Position numbers and translations under genes: made by a program
Notes under the pieces: generated by a model
Told to the model about the DNA's origin: nothing
Database searches by the model: none
Seen by the model: the letters and a program-made list of their open reading frames with translations, nothing else
From: Sulfurimonadaceae bacterium
GTDB lineage: Bacteria > Campylobacterota > Campylobacteria > Campylobacterales > Sulfurimonadaceae
Assembly (NCBI GenBank): GCA_050292115.1
Contig: JBNKLA010000057.1
Coordinates: forward strand, 239 to 64,238
Length of the DNA: 64,000 nt
Direction: 5' to 3'
Shown here: positions 27,718 through 36,242 of the stretch, piece by piece
How positions within the stretch are numbered: position 1 is the stretch's first letter
How the letters are laid out: every line of letters starts with the position of its first letter

Positions 27718-28734
27718 TTATCTCAAACTAATTTTCGATGCAATTGATTCTGCAAGCGCTTCAAAATCTTTTTTTGCACCTAAAACTGCATTTGCATGAC
27801 TGCCAATGGCTCCATCGGCAGCTGTGAGGTTAAAAATAGGTTTACGAGATTCTTGTGCCATTGGTATTAATGAACGGTAATGTTTGATCGTTCCAAGAGA
27901 GTAAGGATCATCGTTTACGGTAATATTTGATGAAGCAGTGGTTTCATTCAAGACCACTTCTCGATAAACACTGGGAATTTTATTGATCCATCGGTCGTAT
28001 GCTTTGACTGGACGATCTAAGCGCACACCATGTTGCTGAGAGAGGTATCCTACTGGTTGCATGATACCTTGAGGTAAAGTGAAGTCGGTATATTCTTGAA
28101 AATCACTACTCTCTTTCCAGTTCTCTAACCGTTTTTTCCATGCACTTCGCCAATTTTTTAATGCCGGACCAAGGTTTTTAAGTCCTTGCAACGAGAAAAG
28201 ATCTGCTCCTAGTGGAATAACAACATAATCCGTAGCCAATAGTACCGATCTATTAATCGCACCTAAATTGGGTCCAATATCTACTAAAATGATATCGGCA
28301 TTGATTTGTGATGCCGCATTTTGCATCACGTGCCAAAAAGATGTCAAAATACGCAAAGGACGATACAGATTATTGTCTGCCATACTTTCTCCCCATTGTG
28401 ACGCCAAAACATCCTCATAACTCGACAAAGCTACATCGCCTGCAACAAGAAAAAGGTTTTGTGTAATAGTTTGCAAGCGAGGCGTTACAAGATCGCCAAC
28501 ACCCGTCAATGGCCTAACACATTGATAAATTGTGGAACCCGATTCGGAACGCTCCCATAACGTATTAATTTCATCCTCATTTAAAAACGCAGCAGTCAAA
28601 TTGGCCTGAGGGTCTAAATCTGCCACAACGACACGCTTGCCCAGCAAAGCATACATCCATGCAAGATGATAGATTAAAGAAGTTTTTCCCACCCCCCCTT
28701 TGTTATTAAAAAAAGTCAGAACCGGAACACTCAT
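27718..28734 (-). CDS. ParA/Soj-like deviant Walker A ATPase with a C-terminal extension
   Basis: FNNKGGVGKTS deviant Walker A and DLDPQANLT. 338 aa. The start overlaps the upstream gene stop (ATGA). Confidence 0.85.
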   Translation of the reverse strand: MSVPVLTFFNNKGGVGKTSLIYHLAWMYALLGKRVVVADLDPQANLTAAFLNEDEINTLWERSESGSTIYQCVRPLTGVGDLVTPRLQTITQNLFLVAGDVALSSYEDVLASQWGESMADNNLYRPLRILTSFWHVMQNAASQINADIILVDIGPNLGAINRSVLLATDYVVIPLGADLFSLQGLKNLGPALKNWRSAWKKRLENWKESSDFQEYTDFTLPQGIMQPVGYLSQQHGVRLDRPVKAYDRWINKIPSVYREVVLNETTASSNITVNDDPYSLGTIKHYRSLIPMAQESRKPIFNLTAADGAIGSHANAVLGAKKDFEALAESIASKISLR

Positions 28735-29939
28735 TGTTTACCTCGAATAATACACAAAACGTGACTTTCATTCACTTCAAAATCAAGCGGGGGATTGCCA
28801 TTGGTCTCTAGCGCTTTTTTTGCCGTAGCAATACCTCTGCCAAAGGACTGCACGTATCCAAAGACTTTTAATACATCCGCAATATTAGGGTTTCTATAAT
28901 CTGTAATACCGGGGGTAGCAAAATTATTTACCGTAACGTTTCCATACGGACCGCCGGGACTCATAATCTCAATACGGTCATTAAACCAATACACACGAAT
29001 AGGCATATTGGTATTTTCATAGGTACGATGCATAACGGCATTGTACACAAGTTGTTGCAAGGCAACTTGAGGATACGGCGATGTTATGGCGTGTGTGGGC
29101 GAAGAGGTAATATCAATAGCATTACGGTTATGTGCTTTAAGCTTCTCTTCAATACGCCGCAATACTTCAACAAGCGCTCCCGTAATCTTCTCCTCATCAA
29201 TCACCTCATCACTAAGCTCGGTACCATCAATGCGCAAAAATTGAATAAATGCACCGAGTATAAAATCTTGCGGCGTTTTACCCAATGCCAAAATTCCTGT
29301 CACTGTGGGCACCGTCTCTTCAGGAGAAACAATCATTTTGCATGAAGATAAACGCTCCTCGTAACTTCTGCCGTTTTCTTCTAAAACATCTGATGCAAAC
29401 GCTGAAGGTAAATATTCATACTCAAATTTTGAACGCACCAAATCAGACAATGAAGCCGTTGAAACAGGATAAAGGTCAAACGGTAGGTGTTTGTAGCGAC
29501 GCTTTTCAATCAAAATACGTTCATCTTGAGCCGATGCCAAGCTTCGTCTTGGACCGGTACGTACCCAAATACGTCCATCATATTTTACAGGAGGAATATC
29601 TGAGGGCATCACGATTACTACAACCATTTCAGCTCCATCTAATACGCGTTTTTCAACACTCATAGTTGGCACGGGTAAAATATTACCGTCTGTTTTCATG
29701 TTAGCAATGTTTAACAACAGTGCATCATCTATCATAAGATGTGAGGGTGAACCATCATCTTTCGCACCAATAATGAGCACTCCCGCCTTATTATGATTGC
29801 TCAAATCGTTACAAAAAGCACAAATTGCCTGACGCGCTTTTTTGGGGACATCCCCTTTAAACGACTCTTTTCGCTCACACAATTCGGATTCGGTATCGTG
29901 TAACAGTCTTACAAGCTCATCATCGATGTATCTAGTCAT
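28731..29939 (-). CDS. AlbA_2 (Schlafen-type) domain protein with a C-terminal HATPase_c_4-like domain
   Basis: The N-terminal ESELCERKESFKG is typical of the AlbA_2 'divergent AAA' domain. The C-terminal NAVMHRTYENTNMPIRVYWFNDRIEIMSPGG matches the RecG-like C-terminal ATPase-like domain signature. Confidence 0.8.
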   Translation of the reverse strand: MTRYIDDELVRLLHDTESELCERKESFKGDVPKKARQAICAFCNDLSNHNKAGVLIIGAKDDGSPSHLMIDDALLLNIANMKTDGNILPVPTMSVEKRVLDGAEMVVVIVMPSDIPPVKYDGRIWVRTGPRRSLASAQDERILIEKRRYKHLPFDLYPVSTASLSDLVRSKFEYEYLPSAFASDVLEENGRSYEERLSSCKMIVSPEETVPTVTGILALGKTPQDFILGAFIQFLRIDGTELSDEVIDEEKITGALVEVLRRIEEKLKAHNRNAIDITSSPTHAITSPYPQVALQQLVYNAVMHRTYENTNMPIRVYWFNDRIEIMSPGGPYGNVTVNNFATPGITDYRNPNIADVLKVFGYVQSFGRGIATAKKALETNGNPPLDFEVNESHVLCIIRGKQ

Positions 29940-30004
29940 CTGCGTTCTCTATTTTATATTGCTTCAAGTATACTTACTCTGTACTAAAAAATGGTTAAAA
30001 ATGG

Positions 30005-30829
30005 CTATGCTAATCGCCTGTTGCGCCATCTAAAATAGACCCATAGCACCACCGCCCCTGCGATCATCATCAAGCTCAGCTCTTGGCCTTTACTCATCCA
30101 TCCGCAGCAGATAAAGCCCAGTTGCGGGTCGGGTTCGCGCCAAAACTCGGCTGTAAAGCGTGCAAGTCCATAAGCAAAGCCATAAAGCAGTACCAGTTCA
30201 CCCTCAAAACGCTTGTAATTACGGTACATGTAAATGACTAAAAAGACCGCAAGACCTTCAAGTAGCGCTTCGTAGAGTTGCGAAGGATGGCGCAGTACGC
30301 CATCAACATAGATACCTATCGGCAACTCGGTTGCGCGCCCCACAAGCTCTTGATTTAAAAAATTGCCGATACGTCCAAAGATATAGCCTACCGGTATAGC
30401 AGTGACGGCCACATCGAGCACCCGCCCCATCGGTACTCTCTGGCGCTTATAAAAGAGATACGAACCGATAAAAAAGCCGATCACCGCACCGTGATAGCTC
30501 ATTCCGCGAATCCCCACGAAGTCGCCTGCGGCATTAAAAGGGTTAAATATCTGCCACGGATGGCTCAGATAATACGCTGTCTGCGGATCGTAAAAGAGAA
30601 TATAGCCAAGCCGTGCGCCCAAGATTACGCCGATCTCAACATAAATAAAGTAGTCATCAAGCTGTTTATGTGTTAGGGCAATCGCATCGCGGCGCACAAT
30701 CCATTTGGCAGCCCACAATGCCGTAAGCAGTGCCAAAACGTACATAAGCCCATACCAGTGCACCGGAATCGAAAAGAGCGTAAACGCCACCGGATCAAAC
30801 TGTTCGTAGATATGGTTCCAAAACTCCAT
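30005..30829 (-). CDS. lgt: Prolipoprotein diacylglyceryl transferase
   Basis: HWYGLMY, GRIGNF and HPSQLYEALLEG motifs. Confidence 0.92.
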   Translation of the reverse strand: MEFWNHIYEQFDPVAFTLFSIPVHWYGLMYVLALLTALWAAKWIVRRDAIALTHKQLDDYFIYVEIGVILGARLGYILFYDPQTAYYLSHPWQIFNPFNAAGDFVGIRGMSYHGAVIGFFIGSYLFYKRQRVPMGRVLDVAVTAIPVGYIFGRIGNFLNQELVGRATELPIGIYVDGVLRHPSQLYEALLEGLAVFLVIYMYRNYKRFEGELVLLYGFAYGLARFTAEFWREPDPQLGFICCGWMSKGQELSLMMIAGAVVLWVYFRWRNRRLA

Positions 30830-30837
30830 TTTTGTCC

Positions 30838-31641
30838 TTATAGTTGCTCTAAATCCGTTACATGTAAGCTAAAGAAATCGCCGTCTTCGCTGATTATATG
30901 AATATACTCACCCTCAAGTGCCACCCCTTCAACCTGCCCGATATCGCCAAAAACGATGCGGCGTACGCTTCCTTCAAAAAGATTCGTTGCCTCGCTATTA
31001 GGCTCAAACAGATAGAGCGACTCATAGGTGAGCACCGCGATACGTTTGCCGTCACTATCGGCTGCGGTCACCTTGCCGCCAATGGGGTAATCGGCAATTT
31101 TTTTGGCTACGCCTTTATCAACAAAATAGAGGGTTGTGTCGGTATCAGAGCGGTGTTTGGTAAGCAGATAGAGCCGGTTATGGAATGAAAAAAGCGCCTC
31201 ACAGTCGTAGTTTTTAAGCTTAGGGTTTGAGTGTTGATCTTCATACACAAAACGGTTCATCCCTTTGATTCGCGTACGTCTATCATGATAGGGATTGGGT
31301 TCATCAATAAAGTAGAGCGTCAGATCGTCGCGCCTGTTTTTATTATTTCCCGTATCGGCGATTACGATCTGGCCGTTGTGATAACTAATATCTTCCCAGT
31401 CCACATTGTCGGCGCGCTTGATCTTGATGCGCGAGATGAGTTTGAGCGTTTTGGCATCCAAAGCGTAGAGGCGCGCTTTATCTCCTGCATCGTTGTGGCT
31501 CCACAACACGCCGGGATACATTTGGCTTACCAGCAGTCCCGAAGCCTCATCAAGCCGATCATTTTCAAAGTGACGCCCTTGCATTTGCGCCATCAGCGTG
31601 CCGATACAAAAGAGTAACAGAGCCGTGACACGCTTAATCAT
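30838..31641 (-). CDS. Secreted hypothetical protein (possibly a beta-propeller fold)
   Basis: Signal peptide MIKRVTALLLFCIGTLMA. No confident family assignment. Confidence 0.55.
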   Translation of the reverse strand: MIKRVTALLLFCIGTLMAQMQGRHFENDRLDEASGLLVSQMYPGVLWSHNDAGDKARLYALDAKTLKLISRIKIKRADNVDWEDISYHNGQIVIADTGNNKNRRDDLTLYFIDEPNPYHDRRTRIKGMNRFVYEDQHSNPKLKNYDCEALFSFHNRLYLLTKHRSDTDTTLYFVDKGVAKKIADYPIGGKVTAADSDGKRIAVLTYESLYLFEPNSEATNLFEGSVRRIVFGDIGQVEGVALEGEYIHIISEDGDFFSLHVTDLEQL

Positions 31642-32917
31642 CTAAGGCATCCGATATCAGTTCGATAGGATTTTTAAAGAGCGTATCCACTTCGGCCTCA
31701 AAAAGCGAATTACTAATCTGCATCCGGCACGCCGAACACTCTGCCGATACTACCTCGGCTCCGCTCTCTTTAATCATCGCCGCTTTAGGTTTACCCGCCG
31801 CCTGAGCAAAATGAAACTTCTCGGTCTGCATCGTCACACCGCCAAAACCGCAACACGCATTGGGATCACGCATTTCGACAATATTATAGTTTTGGCCAAT
31901 CAGCGCGCGCGGCTCTTTATAGACCCCCTGCATCTTGCGCGCGTGACACGGGTCGTGGTAAGTTACATGTAAGCTTTTTTTACCTTTTTCGGCCAATAAC
32001 TGCGGCAGTTCGCTCTGCTGCTCCAGCCACTCGGTCGCCATAAAAATTTTAGGTTTTAGCAACCTTGCTCGTGTGCGCCATGCTACATCATCATGAAAAA
32101 AGTGCTCATAATCGACTTTAATCATAGCGCTACATGTAGCCTCGGGGATAATGATGGCATCCACCTCATCAATAAAGCTCTCAAAATAGCGGATATTCTT
32201 TTTGGCGTTATGCGCCACGGTATCGAAATCGCCAGTAAAATAGGCCGGTGCTCCGCAACAAAGTTGCTTTTTGGGGATAAAAACGTCCACTTCAAGGTGT
32301 TTGAGAGTATTAAGCAAACTCTTGCCGATCTCGGTGTAGTTGTAGTTAGCCAGACAGCCGATAAAGATGGCCACGCGCTGTTTGCCGCCGTTGTGGATAT
32401 GTTCGGGATTATCATTTAAAAACGAACGTTTGGCAAGGCTGGGCAAGAGGCGATCTTTTTTGATAATCGGCAGTGAAAAGCGCGGCTCCATCGATGTTTT
32501 TTCGGCATGAATCTTAAAGCCGCAGGTCTGAAACGCATAGCCAAGGCTAAAGAGCATGTCCATCAGCGGTCGGTGGCGTAACAGGGTGAAAAACGCTTTT
32601 TTATACCACGCGATGCCGTAGCGATCCGCCAGATCGGAGCGCACCTGCTCGATAATCATATCGGTAGGCAGGCTATTGGGGCAGACATCCACACAGTTGG
32701 TGCATAAAAAGCAGCTCTCGAAAATATCTTTGGCATTCTCATCCAGCGGCAGTTCACCGCGCTGATACGCCCCCAACAAGTCGATAAAACCGCGCGGACT
32801 CGTCACCTCGTCGGCATTGACGTTATGGATGGTACAGACCGGAATGCACTTGCCGCATTTTACGCAGGCATCGCTGGTTTGGGTAAAGTTGAAGATCTCC
32901 AACGCCTTTGTACTCAT
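31634..32917 (-). CDS. Fe-S oxidoreductase, GlcF/GlpC-like, with two CCG domains
   Basis: CVKCGKCIPVC and CFLCTNCVDVCP ferredoxin motifs. Two Cys-rich CCG-type repeats (CCGAP, CCGFGG). Confidence 0.8.
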   Translation of the reverse strand: MSTKALEIFNFTQTSDACVKCGKCIPVCTIHNVNADEVTSPRGFIDLLGAYQRGELPLDENAKDIFESCFLCTNCVDVCPNSLPTDMIIEQVRSDLADRYGIAWYKKAFFTLLRHRPLMDMLFSLGYAFQTCGFKIHAEKTSMEPRFSLPIIKKDRLLPSLAKRSFLNDNPEHIHNGGKQRVAIFIGCLANYNYTEIGKSLLNTLKHLEVDVFIPKKQLCCGAPAYFTGDFDTVAHNAKKNIRYFESFIDEVDAIIIPEATCSAMIKVDYEHFFHDDVAWRTRARLLKPKIFMATEWLEQQSELPQLLAEKGKKSLHVTYHDPCHARKMQGVYKEPRALIGQNYNIVEMRDPNACCGFGGVTMQTEKFHFAQAAGKPKAAMIKESGAEVVSAECSACRMQISNSLFEAEVDTLFKNPIELISDALDD

Positions 32918-32920
32918 GCG

Positions 32921-34291
32921 CTACACCGTTTTTGAAAAGCTCTTTTTAGAAGCGGCATATTTTTGCATGTACGCATCAAAAGGCAGTGCAATATTGCGAA
33001 TCAGTAGCGTGCCGGTAGGCTTACATGTAATGTGCGCTTCATCCATCTCTAGCAGATCGTCATCCACAAAAGGTTGCAGTGCGGCTAGGGCATCGGCAAA
33101 ATACTTGGCAAACACCACATTAAATTGAGCTTCAAAGCGCTTAATGTCGAGTTTGAAATTGCTCATAAGCTCCATAATCACATAGTTGCGTATTTTGTCG
33201 TCTTCATTAAGCACGACGCCACGCTCAAAGGGCAGTTTACCCGCATCGATTGCCGCTTCATAGTGCTTCATCTCTTTAAAATTCTGGGCATAATAGTTCA
33301 TATGCCCTTCCCCGATAGAGGTAAGCCCAATGCCGATAAGATCGGCTCCGCCTTTGGTGGTATAGCCCTGAAAGTTACGGTGTAGCTCTCCTTTTTCAAT
33401 CGCCTTAAACAGCTCGTCATCGGGTTTGGCAAAGTGATCCATACCGATCATTTTATAGCCCTGCTCATTCATAAAGTCGATCGTATGGCGCATAATGGCA
33501 AGTTTTTCATCGGGTTTGGGAAGCGTAGTCTCGTCAATCTTGCGCATCGTCTTTTTAAGCCACGGCACATGCGCGTAGTTAAATACGGCGAAACGATCAG
33601 GATCAAGCGAAACGGCCAGTTCAAGCGTCTGTTTAAAACTCTCAAGACTCTGATAAGGCAACCCGTAAATCAGATCGACATTCACGCTTTTCATTCCGTA
33701 TTTGCGCGCCAAATCCATCGCATTTTTGGTAACGTCATAGGGCTGAATACGGTGTACCGCCGTCTGCACCTTTTCATTAAAATCCTGAATCCCGAAACTC
33801 ACACGGTTAAAACCGGAATCGGCAAGGACTTTCATCTGCGCTTCGTTGATATGGCGCGGGTCGATCTCGCAACTAATCTCCGCATCGTCGGCAAAATTAT
33901 GAAAGTGGCTTTTGATCGCGTCAATAATCATTTGTAGCTGAGGCGCGGAGAAAAAGGTCGGCGTACCGCCACCAAAGTGCATCTGAATCACGTGGCGCGA
34001 CATGTCTACATGCTGTACCAGTAGCTCCATCTCTTTTTTGAGATACTCGATGTAGCGCAGCATCTTCTCCTCTTTTGAGGTAAACACCACGTTACAGCCG
34101 CAAAAGTAGCAGGCGTTGCGGCAAAACGGCAGGTGAAAATAGAGCGAGAGCGGCGTTTGAGCGTTTTGTGCTTCAAGTTTACGGATGTAATCGTCATACA
34201 CAAATGCGTCACTAAACTCCAGTGCTGTGGGGTAGCTGGTATAGCGTGGTCCGGATTTGGAGTATTTACTGAATTTGGCGAAATCGAGCAT
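32921..34291 (-). CDS. hemN: Oxygen-independent coproporphyrinogen III oxidase (radical SAM)
   Basis: GPRYTSYPTA and CRNACYFCGC radical-SAM motifs; 456 aa. Confidence 0.92.
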   Translation of the reverse strand: MLDFAKFSKYSKSGPRYTSYPTALEFSDAFVYDDYIRKLEAQNAQTPLSLYFHLPFCRNACYFCGCNVVFTSKEEKMLRYIEYLKKEMELLVQHVDMSRHVIQMHFGGGTPTFFSAPQLQMIIDAIKSHFHNFADDAEISCEIDPRHINEAQMKVLADSGFNRVSFGIQDFNEKVQTAVHRIQPYDVTKNAMDLARKYGMKSVNVDLIYGLPYQSLESFKQTLELAVSLDPDRFAVFNYAHVPWLKKTMRKIDETTLPKPDEKLAIMRHTIDFMNEQGYKMIGMDHFAKPDDELFKAIEKGELHRNFQGYTTKGGADLIGIGLTSIGEGHMNYYAQNFKEMKHYEAAIDAGKLPFERGVVLNEDDKIRNYVIMELMSNFKLDIKRFEAQFNVVFAKYFADALAALQPFVDDDLLEMDEAHITCKPTGTLLIRNIALPFDAYMQKYAASKKSFSKTV

Positions 34292-34382
34292 TAGATATCT
34301 TTACATGTAGGATATATTTATTTGGCGATTATACCGTGAGACGTTGAAGAAGGGCTTACATAATTTGTGCTAAAATAGGTAA

Positions 34383-35258
34383 ATGCCGATTCCACAGGAA
34401 GCCATAATGGACTTTAACAGCTTCAAGAAAAAGTTTGAAAATGAAACCCATTTTCAGCACTATGTGTACCGCAAGTTTCACCGTTCGCAACAAGAAAAAC
34501 AGCTCAAACCCTACCAAGCGGAGCTCATTAAGCTCCAGCGTTATCTTGAACTAAAAAACGAAAAGATGATCGTGCTGGTCGAAGGGCGCGATGCTGCGGG
34601 AAAAGGCGGAGCAATCCGCCGGATTACTCGGTATATGAACGAAAAGCATTACCGTGTCGTAGCGCTGGGCAAGCCCTCGGAAGTCGAACAGTCGCAGTGG
34701 TATTTTCAGCGTTATATCAAGCAGTTTCCCCAAGGCGGCGAGATTGTACTTTTTGATCGTAGCTGGTATAACCGCGCTATGGTCGAGCCGGTTTTCGGTT
34801 TTTGTACGCAAACACAGTACGAGACCTTTATGAACAGCGTTACCGCCTTTGAAGAGGATCTGATCAACCATGGATTTCACTTTATAAAAATCTACTTCTC
34901 CGTCACCAAAGAGGAGCAGGCCGCACGCTTTGATGAACGCGAAAAAAACCCGCTCAAACAGTGGAAACTCAGCGAAATCGACGTGCAGATGCAAGAGCGT
35001 TGGGATGAGTTTACCCAAGTCAAATACCAGATGCTCAAAAAGACCCACACCTATCGTACGCCGTGGACGATTATCCGTAGCGACGATAAATTTTTAGCGC
35101 GTCTCAACGCCATCAAAAGCATTCTTAACAAAATCGATTATGCAGATCGTAACCTTGATCTTGATTATAGTGTCGATCAGAGCATTGTCTATTCGGGTGC
35201 GCATGAGATCGAGATTATGGAGCAGCAGCTTAGAGATAGTGGAAAAATTCTAGGATAA
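34383..35258 (+). CDS. ppk2: Polyphosphate kinase 2
   Basis: The Walker A-like VLVEGRDAAGKGG and RSWYNR motifs are typical of PPK2. An alternative start lies at 34407. Confidence 0.88.
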   Translation: MPIPQEAIMDFNSFKKKFENETHFQHYVYRKFHRSQQEKQLKPYQAELIKLQRYLELKNEKMIVLVEGRDAAGKGGAIRRITRYMNEKHYRVVALGKPSEVEQSQWYFQRYIKQFPQGGEIVLFDRSWYNRAMVEPVFGFCTQTQYETFMNSVTAFEEDLINHGFHFIKIYFSVTKEEQAARFDEREKNPLKQWKLSEIDVQMQERWDEFTQVKYQMLKKTHTYRTPWTIIRSDDKFLARLNAIKSILNKIDYADRNLDLDYSVDQSIVYSGAHEIEIMEQQLRDSGKILG

Positions 35259-35263
35259 TGTGT

Positions 35264-35273
35264 TTACATGTAA
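35264..35273. repeat. TTACATGTAA palindrome immediately after the ppk2 stop
   Basis: Exact copy 6 nt after the stop codon. Confidence 0.95.
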
Positions 35274-35320
35274 CAATTGACGATTCTAGTATCAATTAAT
35301 TACACATAATAAATCCTTAT

Positions 35321-35338
35321 TTATCAACTTTTTGATAA
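35321..35338. promoter_or_regulatory. Palindromic operator candidate TTATCAA-N4-TTGATAA
   Basis: Perfect 7-bp arms overlapping a possible -10 (GATAAT/TAATAT), 35 nt upstream of the ATG at 35373. Confidence 0.3.
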
Positions 35339-35372
35339 TATTGTGATAGTAGGAGTACCCCAAAGGATTATC

Positions 35373-36122
35373 ATGGCAAATATTAGAGTTTTGATTGTTG
35401 AAGACGATGAAGTCACCGCAGCCAATCTTAAGCTCTCACTCGAGAAGCATGACTACGAGGTTGTGGCAATGAGCGACAACGCCACGCAAGCACGCAGTAA
35501 ACTCAAAATCTATAACCCCGATATTGTTTTTATCGATATCTCACTACAAGATAGCACAGACGGTATTGAACTTGCCCGTTATATCAACGACAACCAGAAA
35601 AAGCCCTTTATTTTTCTAACCGCCCATACCGATGAGAACATTATTGAAGAGGCGAAGCTAACCGAACCTTACGGCTACATCGTAAAGCCTTTTGATCCGA
35701 TGAGCCTTCATGCCACCATTGTGATGGCACTGTATCGCTACAAAGAAGAGGAGAAACGCAACCTTAATTTCAATGCCCTGCGTAGCGACAAAGATTCGCT
35801 GGAAAAACTGCTTTATGCCAAAAAACTTTCCGACAAACCCATTGTGCCTTTTGGCGCCGAATATTATCTTGATATCAGCGTATGCGAAACCTTTTACGAC
35901 AGCCAAAAAATCAAACTTACCCGCAAGGAAAATGCCTTTATCCGCCTGCTGGTAGCTCAACTGGGCACCGTCGTTACTTTTGATCAGGTTATCAAATACG
36001 TCTGGGACGAAGGCGGTGCCACCGAAAACAGCGTGCGCACGCTGGTGTGGCGACTACGCAACAAACTCCCGACCAATATCATTAAAAACGCTTCGGGAGT
36101 GGGGTATTATATTGAGGAGTAG
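35373..36122 (+). CDS. Response regulator with a receiver and a winged-helix DNA-binding domain (atypical long linker)
   Basis: MANIRVLIVEDDE...DIVFIDISL...K receiver. The C-terminal LTRKENAFIRLL...VRTLVWRLRNKL trans_reg_C-like domain. Confidence 0.8.
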   Translation: MANIRVLIVEDDEVTAANLKLSLEKHDYEVVAMSDNATQARSKLKIYNPDIVFIDISLQDSTDGIELARYINDNQKKPFIFLTAHTDENIIEEAKLTEPYGYIVKPFDPMSLHATIVMALYRYKEEEKRNLNFNALRSDKDSLEKLLYAKKLSDKPIVPFGAEYYLDISVCETFYDSQKIKLTRKENAFIRLLVAQLGTVVTFDQVIKYVWDEGGATENSVRTLVWRLRNKLPTNIIKNASGVGYYIEE

Positions 36123-36168
36123 TTGCGTGGTGTGAAGCAGAACTGTTGTGCACATGCAAAATCTGGGT

Positions 36169-36178
36169 TTACATGTAA
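36169..36178. repeat. TTACATGTAA palindrome between convergent genes
   Basis: Exact copy in the 120-bp gap between the response regulator and M14 peptidase 3' ends. Confidence 0.95.
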
Positions 36179-36242
36179 CGTTATGCTATTTCATTGCACT
36201 TAATAACTTCCAAAAAGTCTGAGTCTGAAGCGTTTGAAAATA

